A DNA stretch of 64,000 bases from Bugula neritina (Eukaryota > Animalia > Bryozoa): NCBI GenBank assembly GCA_964035545.1, contig OZ037766.1:18898767-18962766 (forward strand). The letters are read 5' to 3'. The position numbers were made by a program, and so were the translations under genes. The notes beneath the pieces were generated by a model. That model was not told the DNA's origin. It did no database searches and saw nothing but the letters and a program-made list of their open reading frames with translations. Each line of letters opens with the position of its first letter. Position 1 is the stretch's first letter. Shown here in pieces: positions 40,001-58,000 of the stretch.

Positions 40001-43000
40001 AATTACACTGTAACATACTAAAATACACTGCAACATAATGAAATACACTGCAACATACTGCAACATATTGAAGTACACTGTTAAATATTGAAATAGACTG
40101 CAACACATTGGAATATACTGCAACACACTGAAATATACTGCAACATGCTGAAATATACTGCAACATACTGCAACATACTGAAATACACTGTAACATACTG
40201 CAACATACTGCAATACACTGTAACAAACTGAAATACACTGCAACACGTTGGAATATACTGCAACATACCCAAATCAATGGTAACATACTGAAATATACTG
40301 AAATACACTGCAACACACTGAAATATACTGCAAGATACTGCAACATACGTAAATACACTCTAACATACTGAAATACACTGCAACATACTGCAACATACAG
40401 AAGTACACTGTAAAATATTGAAATACACTGCAACACATCAGAATATACTGCAACACACTGAAATGTACTGCAACATACTGAAATATATTGCAACATACTG
40501 CAACATACTGAAATACACTGTGACATACTGAAACATACTGAAATACACTGCAAAAAACTGCAACATACTGGAGTACACTGTACATATTGAAATACACTGC
40601 AAAACATTGAAATATACTTCAACACACTAAAATATACTAAAACATGTTGAAATATACTGCATTATACTGAAATACACTGTAACAAACTGAAATACACTGC
40701 AACACATTGGAATATACTGCAACACACTGAAATGTACTGCAACATACTGAAACATATTGCAACATACTGCGACATGCTGAAATACACTGTAACAAACTGA
40801 AATACACTGCAACACATTGAAAAATACTGCAACATACTGAAAGACACTACAACTCACTGAAGTATAGTGTAATATACGGAAATGTACTGTAAAATACTGA
40901 AACATACTGAAACATACTGAAACATACCGCAACAAACCGAACTATTTGGTAACATACTGAAATATACGTCAACATACTGAAATGTACTGCAACATGCTGA
41001 GGTACACTGCAAGATACTGCAACATACTGAAATACGCTGTAACATATTGAAACACGCTGCAACACATTGAAATATAGTGCAACATACCGAAATATATTGT
41101 AATATACTGAAATATGTTGCAAACCACTGATACATACTGCAATAAAATGCAATATACTGTTACACACTGAATAATACTGCAAAATGCTGAAATATACTGT
41201 AACACAGTGAAGTATACTGCAAAATTTTGAAATATACTGTAACATACCGAAATAGGCCTCAACATACTCAAATATACTGCAAGATACTGCAACATACGTA
41301 AATACACTCTAACATACTGAAATACACTGCAACATACCCAAATAAATGGTAACATACTGAAATATACTCAAATACACTGTAACACATTGAAAAATACTGC
41401 AACATACTTAAAGACACCACAACTCACTGAAGTATAGTGTAATATATGGAAACGTACTGTAACATACTGATATTTACTGCAACACCCTGAAATACACTGC
41501 AACATACTGAAATACGCTATAACACATTGAAACACGCTGCAACACATTGAAATATACTGCAACATACCGAAATATATTGTAACCTACTGAAATATGTTGC
41601 AAACCACTGAACCATACTGCAATAAAATGAATTATACTGTAACACACTGAATAATACTGCAAAATGCTAAAATGTACTGTAACACAGTGAAGTATACTGT
41701 AAAATTCTGAAATATACTGTAACATACCGAAATAGGCCTCAACATACTCAAATATACTGCAAGATACTGCAATATACGTAAATACACTCTAACATACTGA
41801 AATACACTGCAACATACTGCAACATACTGAAGTACACTGTAAAATATTGAAATACACTGCAACACATTAGAATATACTGCAACACACTGAAATGTACTGC
41901 AACATACTGAAATATATTGCAACATACTGCAACATACTAAAATACACTGTGACATACTGTAACATACTGAAATACACTGCAAAAAACTGCAACATACTGA
42001 AGTACACTGTACATATTGAAAGACACTGCAAAACATTGAAATTTACTTCAACACACTGAAATATACTAAAACATGTTGAAATATACTGCAACATACTGCA
42101 ACATACTGAAATACACTGTAACAAACTGAAATACACTGATATACATTGAAAAATACTGCAACATACTGAAAGACACTACAACTCACTGAAGTATATCGTA
42201 ATATACGGAAATGTACTGTAACATACTGATAATTACTGTAACACTGAAATATACTGCAACATACTGAAATACACTGTAACATACCGAAATAAACTGCAAC
42301 ATACTGCAACATACTGAATTACACTGTAACATACGAAAATGCACTGCAACATTCTGCAACATACTTCAACATACTGAAATACACTGTAACATAATGAAAG
42401 ATACTGCAACATACCGCAACATACTGAAAAACACTGTAGCAAACTGAAATACGCTGCAACACATTGGTATATACTGCAACATACCCAATTATATGGTAAT
42501 ATACTGAACAATACTGAAATACACTGTAACATATTGAAAAATACTGCAACATACTGAAAGACACTGCAACTCACTGACGTATCGTGTAATATACAGAAAT
42601 GTACTGTAACATACTGAGATTTACTGTAACACACTGAAATATACTGCAACATACTGATATACACTGTAACATACCAAAATAAACTGCAACATACTGCAAC
42701 AAACTGAATTACACTGTAACATACTAAAATACACTGTAACATTCTGCAACTTACTTCAACATACTGAAATACACTGTAACATAATGAAATACACTGCAAC
42801 ATACTGCAACATACTGAAATACACTGTAACATACTGCAACATACTGCAATACACTGTAACAAACTGGAATACACTGCAACACAATGGTATATACTGCAAC
42901 ATACCCAATTATATGGTAATATACTGAAATTTACTGAAATACACTGTATCACATTGAAAAATACTGCAACATACTGACAGACACTACAACTCACTGACGT

Positions 43001-46000
43001 ATCGTGTAATATACGGAAATGTACTGAAACATACTGAGACTTACTGTAACACACTGAAATATACTGCAACATACTGATATACACTGTAACATATCAAAGT
43101 AAACTGCATCATACTGCAACATACTGAATTACACTGTAACATACTAAAATACACTGCAACATAATGAAATACACTGCAACATACTGCGACATATTGAAGT
43201 ACACTGTTAAATATTGAAATAGACTGCAACACATTGGAATATACTGCAACACACTGAAATATACTGCAACATGCTGAAATATACTGCAACATACTGCAAC
43301 ATACTGAAATACACTGTAACATACTGCAACATACTGCAATACACTGTAACAAACTGAAATACACTGCAACACGTTGGAATATACTGCAACATACCCAAAT
43401 CAATGGTAACATACTGAAATATACTGAAATACACTGCAACACACTGAAATATACTGCAAGATACTGCAACATACGTAAATACACTCTAACATACTGAAAT
43501 ACACTGCAACATACTGCAACATACTGAAGTACACTGTTAAATATTGAAACACACTGCAACACATTGGAATATAATGCAACACACTGAAATGTACTGCAAC
43601 ATACTGAAATATATTGCAACATACTGCAACATGCTGAAATACACTGTAACATACGGTAACGTACTGAAATACACTGCAAAAAACTGCAACATACTGAAGT
43701 ACACTGTACATAATGAAAAACACTGCAACACATTCAAATTTACTTCAACGGACTGAAATATACTAAAACATGTTGAAATATACTGCAACATACTGCAACA
43801 TACTGAAATACACTGTAACAAACTGAAATACACTGCAATACATTGAAAAATACTGCAACATACTGAAAGACACTACAACTCACTGAAGTATATCGTAATA
43901 TACGGAAATGTACTGTAACATACTGATATTTACTGCAACACACTGAAATATACTGCAACATACTGAAGTACGCTGCAACACATTGAAATATACTGCAACA
44001 TACCGAAATATATTGTAACCTACTGAAATATGTTGCAAACCACTGAACCATACTGCAATAAAATGAATTATACTGTAACACACTGAATAATACTGCAAAA
44101 TGCTAAAATATACTGTAACACAGTGAAGTATACTGTAAAATTCTGAAATATACTGTAACATACTGCAACATGCAGAAATACACTGTAACAAACTGAAATA
44201 CACTGGAACACATTGCAAAATACTGCAACATACTGAAAGACACTACAACTCACTGAAGTATAGTGTAATATACGGAAATGTTTTGTGAAATACTGAAACA
44301 TACTGAAACATACTGCAACATACTAAAACATACTGAAACATACCGCAACAAACCGAAATATTTGGTAACATACTGAAATATACGTCAACATGCTGAAATG
44401 TACTGCAACATGCTGAGTTACACTGCAAGATACTGCAACATACTGAAATACGCTGTAACATATTGAAACACGCTGCAACACCTTGAAATATACTGCAACA
44501 TACCGAAATATATTGTAACCTACTGAAATATGTTGCAAACCACTGAAACATACTGCAATAAAATGCAATATACTGTAACACACTGAATAATACTGCAAAA
44601 TGCTGAAATATACTGTAACACAGTGAAGTATACGGCAAAATTTTGAAATATACTGTAACATACCAAAATAGGGCTCAACATACTAAAATATACTGCAAGA
44701 TACTGCAACATACGTAAATACACTCTAACATACTGAAATTCACTGCAACATACTGCAACATACAGAAGTACACTGTAAAATATTGAAATACACTGCAACA
44801 CATTAGAATATACTGCAACACACTGAAATGTACTGCAACATACTGAAATATATTGCAACATACTGCAACATACTGAAATACACTGTGACATAGTGAAACA
44901 TACTGAAATACACTGCAAAAAACTGCAACATACTGGAGTACACTGTACATATTGAAATACACTGCAAAACATTGAAATATACTTCAACACACTGAAACAT
45001 ACTAAAACATGTTGAAATATACTGCAACATACTGAAATACACTGTAACAAACTGAAATACACTGCAATACATTGAAAAATACTGCAACATACTGAAAGAC
45101 ACTACAACTCCCTGAAGTATAGTGTAATATACGGAAATGTACTGTAACATACTGAGATTTACTGTAACACACTGAAATATACTGCAACATACTGATATAC
45201 ACTGTAACATACCAAAATGAACTGCAACATACTGCAACAAACTGAATTACACTGTAACATACTAAAATACACTGTAACATTCTGCAACTTACTTCAACAT
45301 ACTGAAATACACTGTAACATAATGAAATACACTGCAACATACTGCAACATACTGAAATACACTGTAACATACCGAAAAAAACTGAAATACACTGTAACAT
45401 AATGAAATACACTGCAACACATTGAAATATACTGCAACAAACTGAAAGACACTACAACTCACTGAAGTATAGTGTAATATACGGAAACGGACTGTAACAT
45501 ACTGATATTTACTGCAACACACTGAAAAATACTGCAACATACTGAAATACACTGTAACATACTAAGATACACTGCAACATGCTAAAATACACTGCAACAT
45601 GCTGCAACATACTTCAACATACTGAAATACACTGTAACATAATGAAATACACTGCAACACATTGAAAAATACTGCAACATACTGAAAGACACTACAACTC
45701 ACTGAAGTATAGTGTAATATACGGAAATGTACTGTAAAATACTGAAACCTACTGAAACATACCAAAACATACCGCAACAAACCGAACTATTTGGTAACAT
45801 ACTGAAATATACGTCAACATACTGAAATGTACTGCAACATGCTGAGGTACACTGCAAGATACTGCAACATACTGAAATACGCTGTAACATATTGAAACAC
45901 GCTGCAACACATTGAAATATACTGCAACATACCGAAATATATTGTAACCTACTGAAATATGTTGCAAACCACTGAAACATACTGCAATAAAATGCAATAT

Positions 46001-49000
46001 ACTGTAACACACTGAATAATACTGCAAAATGCTGAAATATACTGTAACACAGTGAAGTATACTGCAAAATTTTGAAATATACTGTAACATACCGAAATAG
46101 GCCTCAACATACTCAAATATACTGCAAGATACTGCAACATACGTAAATACACTCTAACATACTGAAATACACTGCAACATACCCAAATAAATGGTAACAT
46201 ACTGAAATATACTCAAATACACTGTAACACATTGAAAAATACTGCAACATACTTAAAGACACCACAACTCACTGAAGTATAGTGTAATATATGGAAACGT
46301 ACTGTAACATACTGATATTTACTGCAACACACTGAAATATACTGCAACATACTGAAATACGCTGTAACACATTGAAACACGCTGCAACACATTGAAATAT
46401 ACTGCAACATACCGAAATATATTGTAACCTACTGAAATATGTTGCAAACCACTGAACCATACTGCAATAAAATGAATTATACTGTAACACAATGAATAAT
46501 ACTGCAAAATGCTAAACTATACTGTAACACAGTGAAGTATACTGTAAAATTCTGAAATATACTGTAACATACCGAAATAGGCCTCAACATACTCAAATAT
46601 ACTGCAAGATATTGCAATATACGTAAATACACTCTAACATACTGAAATACACTGCAACACATTATAATATACTGCAACACACTGAAATGTACTGCAACAT
46701 ACTGAAATATATTGCAACATACTGCAACATGCTGAAATACACTGTAACATACTGTAACGTACTGAAACACACTGCAAAAAACTGCAACATACTGAAGTAC
46801 ACTGTACATAATGAAAAACACTGCAACACATTGAAATATAATTCAACACACTGAAATATACTAAAACATGTCGAAATATACTGCAACATACTGCAACATG
46901 CAGAAATACACTGTAACAAACTGAAATACACTGGAACACATTGCAAAATACTGCAACATACTGAAAGACACTACAACTCACTGAAGTATAGTGTAATATA
47001 CGGAAGTGTACTGTGAAATACTGAAACATACTGAAACATACTGCAACATACTAAAACATACTGAAACATACCGCAACAAACCGAAATATTTGGTAACATA
47101 CTGAAATATACGTCAACATGCTGAAATGTACTGCAACATGCTGAGTTACACTGCAAGATACTGCAACATACTGAAATACGCTGTAACATATTGAAACACG
47201 CTGCAACACCTTGAAATATACTGCAACATACCGAAATATATTGTAACCTACTGAAATATGTTGCAAACCACTGAAACATACTGCAATAAAATGCAATATA
47301 CTGTAACACACTGCATAATACTGCAAAATGCTGAAATATACTGTAACACAGTGAAGTATACGGCAAAATTTTGAAATATACTGTAACATACCGAAATAGG
47401 GCTCAACATACTCAAATATACTGCAAGATACTGCAACATACGTAAATACACTCTAACATACTGAAATACACTGCAACATACTGCAACATACAGAAGTACA
47501 CTGTAAAATATTGAAATACACTGCAACACATTAGAATATACTGCAACACACTGAAATGTACTGCAACATACTGAAATATATTGCAACTTACTGCAACATA
47601 CTGAAATACACTGTGACATACTGAAACATACTGAAATACACTGCAAAAAACTGCAACATACTGGAGTACACTGTACATATTGAAATACACTGCAAAACAT
47701 TGAAATATACTTCAACACACTGAAACATACTAAAACATGTTGAAATATACTGCAACATACTGAAATACACTGTAACAAACTGAAATACACTGCAATACAT
47801 TGAAAAATACTGCAACATACTGAAACACACTACAACTCCCTGAAGTATAGTGTAATATACGGAAATGTACTGTAACATACTGATAATTACTGTAACACTG
47901 AATTATACTCCAACATACTGAAATACACTGTAACATACCGAAATAAACTGCAACATACTGCAACATACTGAAATACACTGTAACATACCGAAATAAACTG
48001 AAATACACTGTAACATAATGAAATACACTGCAACACTTTGAAATATACTGCAACAAACTGAAAGACACTACAACTCACTGAAGTATAGTGTAATATACGG
48101 AAACGGACTGTAACATACTGATATTTACTGCAACACACTGAAAAATACTGCAACATACTGAAATACACTGCAACATACTAAGATACACTGCAACATGCTA
48201 AAATACACTGCAACATGCTGCAACATACTTCAACATACTGAAATACACTGTAACATAATGAAATACACTGCAACACATTGAAATATACTGCAACAAACTG
48301 AAATATACTGCAACATACTGAAATGTACTGCAACACACTGAAATACACTGCAACATATCGAAGTATATCGTAATATACGGACATGTACTGTAACATACTG
48401 AAACACACTGAAACATACTGAAACATACTGAAATATACTAAAACATACTGAAATATACTGCAACATACTGCAACATACTGAAATACACTGTAACAAACTG
48501 AAATACACTGCAACTCATTGGAATATACTGCAACATACCCTAATATATTGTAATATACTGAAATATACTGCAACATACCGCAACATACTGAACTAAACTG
48601 TAACAAACTGAAAGACACTGCAGCACAGTGGTATATACTGCAACATACCCAATTATATGGTAATATACTGAATAATACTGAAATACACTGTAACACATTG
48701 AAAAATACTGCAACATACTGAAAGACACTACAACTCACTGAAGTATAGTGTAATATACGGATATGTACTGTAAAATACTGAAACATACTGAAACATACTG
48801 AAACGTACCGCAACAAACCGAAATATTTGGTAACATACTGAAATATACGTCAACATACTGAAATGTACTGCAACATGCTGAGGTACACTGCAAGATACTG
48901 CAACATACTGAAATACGCTGTAACATATTGAAACACGCTGCAACACATTGAAATATACTGCAACATAACGAAATATATTGTAACCTACTGAAATATGTTG

Positions 49001-52000
49001 CAAACCACTGAAACATACTGCAATAAAATGAAATATACTGTAACACACTGAAATATACTAAAACATGTTGAAATATACTGCAACATACTGAAATACACTG
49101 TAACAAACTGAAATACACCGCAATACATTGAAAAATACTGCAACATACTTAAAGACACCACAACTCACTGAAGTATAGTGTAATATATGGAAACGTACTG
49201 TAACATACTGATATTTACTGCAACACACTGAAATATACTGCAACATACTGAAATACGCTGTAACATATTGAAACACCCTGCAACACATTGAAATATACTG
49301 CAACATAACGAAATATATTGTAACCTACTGAAATATGTTGCAAACCACTGAAACATACTGCAATAAAATGAAATATACTGTAACACACTGAATAATACTG
49401 CAAAATGCTGAAATATACTGTAACACAGTGAAGTCTACTGCAAAATTCTGAAATATACTGTAACATACCGAAATAGGCCTCAACATACTCAAATATACTG
49501 CAAAATACTGCAATATACGTAAATACACTCTAACATACTGAAATACACTGCAACATACTGCAACATACTGAAGTACACTGTAAAATATTGAAATACACTG
49601 CAACACATTAGAATATACTGCAACACACTGAAATGTACTGCAACATACTGAAATATATTGCAACATACTGCAACATACTAAAATACACTGTGACATACTG
49701 TAACATACTGAAATACACTGCAAAAAACTGCAACATACTGAAGTACACTGTACATATTGAAAGACACTGCAAAACATTGAAATATACTTCAACACACTGA
49801 AATATACTAAAACATGTTGAAATATACTGCAACATACTGCAACATACTGAAATACACTGTAACAAACTGAAATACGCTGCAATACATTGAAAAATACTGC
49901 AACATAATGCAACATACTGAAAAACACTGTAGCAAACTGAAATACGCTGCAACACATTGGAATATACGGCAACATACCCAAATAAATGGTAATATACTGA
50001 AATATACTGAAATACACTGTAACACATTGAAAAATACTGCAACATACTGAAAGACACTACAACTCACTAAAAGTATAGTGTAATATACGGAAATGTATTG
50101 TAACATACTGATATTTACTGCAACACACTGAAATATACTGCAACATACTGAAATACACTGCAACATACTAAAATACACTGCAACATACTAAAATACACTG
50201 CAACATGCTGCAACATACTTCAACATACTGAAATACACTGTAACATAATGAAATACACTGCAACACATTGAACTATACTGCAACAAACTGAAATATACTG
50301 CAACATACTGAAATGTACTGCAACATATCGAAGTATATCGTAATATACGGACATGTACTGTAACATACTGAAACACACTGAAACATACTGAAACATACTG
50401 AAATATACTAAAACACACTGAAATATACTCCAACATACTGCAACATACTGAAATACACTGTAATAAACTGAATAACACTGCAACACATTAGAATATACTG
50501 CAACATACCCTAATATATTGTAATATACTGAAATATACTGCAACATATCGCAACATACTGAACTAAACTGTAACAAACTGAAATACACTGCAGCACATTG
50601 GTATATACTGCAACATACCCAATTATATGGTAATATACTGAACAATAATGAAATACACTGTAACACATTGAAAAATACTGCAACATACTGAAAGACACTG
50701 CAACTCACTGACGTATCGTGTATTATACGGATATGTACTGTAACATACTGAGATTTACTGTAACACACTGAAATATACTGCAACATACTGATATACACTG
50801 TAACATACCAAAATAAACTGCAACATACTGCAACAAACTGAATTACACTGTAACATACTAAAATACACTGCAACATAATGAAATACACTGCAACATACTG
50901 CAACATATTGAAGTACACTGTTAAATATTGAAATAGACTGCAAGACATTGGAATATACTGCAACACACTGAAATATACTGCAACATGCTGAAATATACTG
51001 CAACATACTGCAACATACGGAAATACAGTGTAACATACTGCAACATACTGCAATACACTGTAACAAACTGAAATACACTGCAACACATTGGAATATACTG
51101 CAACATACCCAAATCAATGGTAACATACTGATATATACTGAAATACACTGCAACACACTGAAAGATACTGCAAGATACTGCAACATACTGAAGTACACTG
51201 TAAAATATTGAAATACACTGCAACACATTAGAATATACTGCAACACACTGAAATGTACTGCAACATACTGAAATATATTGCAACATACTGCAACATACTG
51301 AAATACACTGTGACATACTGAAACATACTGAAATACACTGCAAAAAACTGCAACATACTGGAGTACACTGTACATATTGAAATACACTGCAAACCATTGA
51401 AATATACTTCAACACACTGAAACATACTAAAACATGTTGAAATATACTGCAACATACTGAAATACACTGTAACAAACTGAAATACACTGCAATACATTGA
51501 AAAATACTGCAACATACTGAAAGACACTACAACACCCTGAAGTATAGTGTAATATACGGAAATGTACTGTAACATACTGATAATTACTGTAACACTGAAT
51601 TATACTGCAACATACTGAAATACACTGTAACATACCGAAATAAACTGCAACATACTGCAACATACTGAAATACACTGTAACATACCGAAATAAACTGAAA
51701 TACACTGTAACATAATGAAATACACTGCAACACATTGAAATATACTGCAACAAACTGAAAGACACTACAACTCACTGAAGTATAGTGTAATATACGGAAA
51801 TGGACTGTAACATACTGATATTTACTGCAACACACTGAAAAATACTGCAACATACTGAAATACACTGCAACATACTAAGATACACTGCAACATGCTAAAA
51901 TACACTGCAACATGCTGCAACATACTTCAACATACTGAAATACACTGTAACATAATGAAATACACTGCAACACATTGAAATATACTGCAACAAACTGAAA

Positions 52001-55000
52001 TGTACTGCAACATACTGAAATGTACTGCAACACACTGAAATACACTGCAACATATCGAAGTATATCGTAATATACGGACATGTACTGTAACATACTGAAA
52101 CACACTGAAACATACTGAAACATACTGAAATATACTAAAACATACTGAAATATACTGCAACATACCGCAGCATACTGAACTAAACTGTAACAAACTGAAA
52201 GACACTGCAGCACAGTGGTATATACTGCAACATACCCAATTATATGGTAATATACTGAATAATACTGAAATACACTGTAACAAATTGAAAAATACTGCAA
52301 CATACTGAAAGACACTACAACTCACTGAAGTATAGTGTAATATACGGATATGTACTGTAAAATCCTGAAACATACTGAAACATACTGAAACATACCGCAA
52401 CAAACCGAAATATTTGGTAACATACTGAAATATACGTCAACATACTGAAATGTACTGCAACATGCTGAGGTACACTGCAAGATACTGCAACATACTGAAA
52501 TACGCTGTAACATATTGAAACACGCTGCAACATATTGAAATATACTGCAACATACCGAAATATATTGTAACCTACTGAAATATGTTGCAAACCACTGAAC
52601 CATACTGCAATAAAATGAATTATACTGTAACACACTGAATAATACTGCAAAATGCTGAAATATACTGTAACACAGTGAAGTATACTGCAAAATTTTGAAA
52701 TATACTGTAACATACCGAAATAGGGCTCAACATACTCAAATATACTGCAAGATACTGCAACATACGTAAATACACTCTAACATACTGAAATACACTGCAA
52801 CATACTGCAACATACAGAAGTACACTGTAAAATATTGAAATACACTGCAACACATTAGAATATACTGCAACACACTGAAATGTGCTGCAACATACTGAAA
52901 TATATTGCAACATACTGCAACATACTGAAATACACTGTGACATACTGTAACATACTGAAATACACTGCAAAAAACTGCAACATACTGGAGTACACTGTAC
53001 ATATTGAAATACACTGCAAAACATTGAAATATACTTCAACACACTGAAATATACTAAAACATGTTGAAATATACTGCAACATACTGAAATACACTGTAAC
53101 AAACTGAAATACACCGCAATACATTGAAAAATACTGCAACATACTTAAAGACACCACAACTCACTGAAGTATAGTGTAATATATGGAAACGTACTGTAAC
53201 ATACTGATATTTACTGCAACACACTGAAATATACTGCAACATACTGAAATACGCTGTAACATATTGAAACACCCTGCAACACATTGAAAAATACTGCAAC
53301 ATAACGAAATATATTGTAACCTACTGAAATATGTTGCAAACCACTGAAACATACTGCAATAAAATGAAATATACTGTAACACACTGAATAATACTGCAAA
53401 ATGCTGAAATATACTGTAACACAGTGAAGTCTACTGCAAAATTCTGAAATATACTGTAACATACCGAAATAGGCCTCAACATACTCAAATATACTGCAAA
53501 ATACTGCAATATACGTAAATACACTTTAACATACTGAAATACACTGCAACATACTGCAACAGACTGAAGTACACTGTAAAATATTGAAATACACTGCAAC
53601 ACATTAGAATATACTGCAACACACTGAAATGTACTGCAACATACTGAAATATATTGCAACATACTGCAACATACTAAAATACACTGCGACATACTGTAAC
53701 ATACTGAAATACACTGCAAAAAACTGCAACATACTGAAGTACACTGTACATATTGAAAGACACTGCAAAACATTGAAATATACTTCAACACACTGAAATA
53801 TACTAAAACATGTTGAAATATACTGCAACATACTGCAACATACTGAAATACACTGTAACAAACTGAAATACGCTGCAACACATTGGAATATACTGCAACA
53901 TACCCAAATAAATGGTAATATACTGAAATATACTGAAATACACTGTAACACATTGAAAAATACTGCAACATACTGAAAGACACTACAACTCACTAAAAGT
54001 ATAGTGTAATATACGGAAATGTACTGTAACATACTGATATTTACTGCAACACACTGAAATATACTGCAACATACTGAAATACACTGCAACATACTAAAAT
54101 ACACTGCAACATACTAAAATACACTGCAACATGCTGCAACATACTTCAACATACTGAAATACACTGTAACATAATGAAATACACTGCAACACATTGAACT
54201 ATACTGCAACAAACTGAAATATACTGCAACATACTGAAATGTACTGCAACATATCGAAGTATATCGTAATATACGGACATGTACTGTAACATACTGAAAC
54301 ACACTGAAACATACTGAAACATACTGAAATATACTAAAACACACTGAAATATAGTCCAACATACTGGAACATACTGAAATACACTGTAATAAACTGAATA
54401 ACACTGCAACACATTAGAATATACTGCAACATACCCTAATATATTGTAATATACTGAAATATACTGCAACATATCGCAACATACTGAACTAAACTGTAAC
54501 GAACTGAAATACACTGCAGCACATTGGTATATACTGCAACATACCCAATTATATGGTAATATACTGAACAATACTGAAATACACTGTAACACATTGAAAA
54601 ATACTGCAACATACTGAAAGACACTGCAACTCACTGACGTATCGTGTAATATACGGATATGTACTGTAACATACTGAGATTTACTGTAACACACTGAAAT
54701 ATACTGCAACATACTGATATACACTGTAACATACCAAAATAAACTGCAACATACTGCAACATACTGAATTACACTGTAACATACTAAAATACACTGTAAC
54801 ATTCTGCAACTTACTTCAACATACTGAAATACACTGTAACATAATGAAATACACTGCAACATACTGGAACATATTGAAGTACACTGTTAATTATTGAAAC
54901 ACACTGCAACACATTGGAATATACTCCAACACACTGAAAAATACTGCAACATGCTGAAATATACTGCAACATACTGCAAGATACTGAAATACACTGTAAC

Positions 55001-58000
55001 ATACTGCAACATACTGCAATACACTGTAACAAACTGGAATACACTGCAACACAATGGTATATACTGCAACATACCCAATTATATGGTAATATACTGAAAT
55101 ATACTGAAATACACTGTATCACATTGAAAAATACTGCAACATACTGACAGACACTACAACTCACTGACGTATCGTGTAGTATACGGATATGTACTGTAAC
55201 ATACTGAGATTTACTGTAACACACTGAATTATACTGCAACATACTGATATACACTGTAACATACCAAAGTAAACTGCAACATACTGCAACATACTTAATT
55301 ACACTGTAACATACTAAAATACACTGCAACATAATGAAATACACTGCAACATACTGCAACATATTGAAGTACACTGTTAAATATTGAAATAGACTGCAAG
55401 ACATTGGAATATACTGCAACACACTGAAATATACTGCAACATGCTGAAATATACTGCAACATACTGCAACATACGGAAATACAGTGTAACATACTGCAAC
55501 ATACTGCAATACACTGTAACAAACTGAAATACACTGCAACACATTGGAATATACTGCAACATACCCAAATCAATGGTAACATACTGATATATACTGAAAT
55601 ACACTGCAACACACTGAAAGATACTGCAAGATACTGCAACATACTGAAGTACACTGTAAAATATTGAAATACACTGCAACACATTGGAATATACTGCAAC
55701 ACACTGAAATGTACTGCAACATACTGAAATATATTGCAACATACTGTGACATGCTGAAATACACTGTAACAAACTGAAATACACTGCAACACATTGAAAA
55801 ATACTGCAACATACTGAAAGACACTACAACTCACTGAAGTATAGTGTATTATACGGAAATGTACTGTAAAATACTGAAACCTACTGAAACATACCAAAAC
55901 ATACCGCAACAAACCGAACTATTTGGTAACATACTGAAATATACGTCAACATACTGAAATGTACTGCAACATGCTGAGGTACACTGCAAGATACTGCAAC
56001 ATACTGAAATACGCTGTAACATATTGAAACACGCTGCAACACATTGAAATATACTGCAACATACCGAAATATATTGTAATATACTGAAATATGTTGCAAA
56101 CCACTGAAACATACTGCAATAAAATGCAATATACTGTAACACACTGAATAATACTGCAAAATGCTGAAATATACTGTAACACAGTGAAGTATACTGCAAA
56201 ATTTTGAAATATACTGTAACATACCGAAATAGGCCTCAACATACTCAAATATACTGCAAGATACTGCAACATACGTAAATACACTCTAACATACTGAAAT
56301 ACACTGCAACATACCCAAATAAATGGTAACATACTGAAATATACTCAAATACACTGTAACACATTGAAAAATACTGCAACATACTTAAAGACACCACAAC
56401 TCACTGAAGTATAGTGTAATATATGGAAACGTACTGTAACATACTGATATTTACTGCAACACACTGAAATATACTGCAACATACTGAAATACGCTGTAAC
56501 ACATTGAAACACGCTGCAACACATTGAAATATACTGCAACATACCGAAATATATTGTAACCTACTGAAATATGTTGCAAACCACTGAACCATACTGCAAT
56601 AAAATGAATTATACTGTAACACACTGAATAATACTGCAAAATGCTAAAATATACTGTAACACAGTGAAGTATACTGTAAAATTCTGAAATATACTGTAAC
56701 ATACCGAAATAGGCCTCAACATACTCAAATATACTGCAAGATACTGCAATATACGTAAATACACTCTAACATACTGAAATACACTGCAACACATTATAAT
56801 ATACTGCAACACACTGAAATGTACTGCAACATACTGAAATATATTGCAACATACTGCAACATGCTGAAATACACTGTAACATACTGTAACGTACTGAAAC
56901 ACACTGCAAAAAACTGCAACATACTGAAGTACACTGTACATAATGAAAAACACTGCAACACATTGAAATATAATTCAACACACTGAAATATACTAAAACA
57001 TGTCGAAATATACTGCAACATACTGCAACATGCAGAAATACACTGTAACAAACTGAAATACACTGGAACACATTGCAAAATACTGCAACATACTGAAAGA
57101 CACTACAACTCACTGAAGTATAGTGTAATATACGGAAATGTACTGTGAAATACTGAAACATACTGAAACATACTGCAACATACTAAAACATACTGAAACA
57201 TACCGCAACAAACCGAAATATTTGGTAACATACTGAAATATACGTCAACATGCTGAAATGTACTGCAACATGCTGAGTTACACTGCAAGATACTGCAACA
57301 TACTGAAATACGCTGTAACATATTGAAACACGCTGCAACACCTTGAAATACACTGCAACATACTAAGATACACTGCAACATGCTAAAATACACTGCAACA
57401 TGCTGCAACATACTTCAACATACTGAAATACACTGTAACATAATGAAATGCACTGCAACACATTGAAATATACTGCAACAAACTGAAATATACTGCAACA
57501 TACTGAAATGTACTGCAACACACTGAAATACACTGCAACATATCGAAGTATATCGTAATATACGGACATGTACTGTAACATACTGAAACACACTGAAACA
57601 TACTGAAACATACTGAAATATACCAAAACATACTGAAATATACTGCAACATACCGCAACATACTGAACTAAACTGTAACAAACTGAAAGACACTGCAGCA
57701 CAGTGGTATATACTGCAACATACCCAATTATATGGTAATATACTGAATAATACTGAAATACACTGTAACACATTGAAAAATACTGCAACATACTGAAAGA
57801 CACTACAACTCACTGAAGTATAGTGTAATATACGGATATGTACTGTAAAATACTGAAACATACTGAAACATACTGAAACATGCCGCAACAAACCGAAATA
57901 TTTGGTAACATACTGAAATATACGTCAACATACTGAAATGTACTGCAACATGCTGAGGTACACTGCAAGATACTGCAACATACTGAAATACGCTGTAACA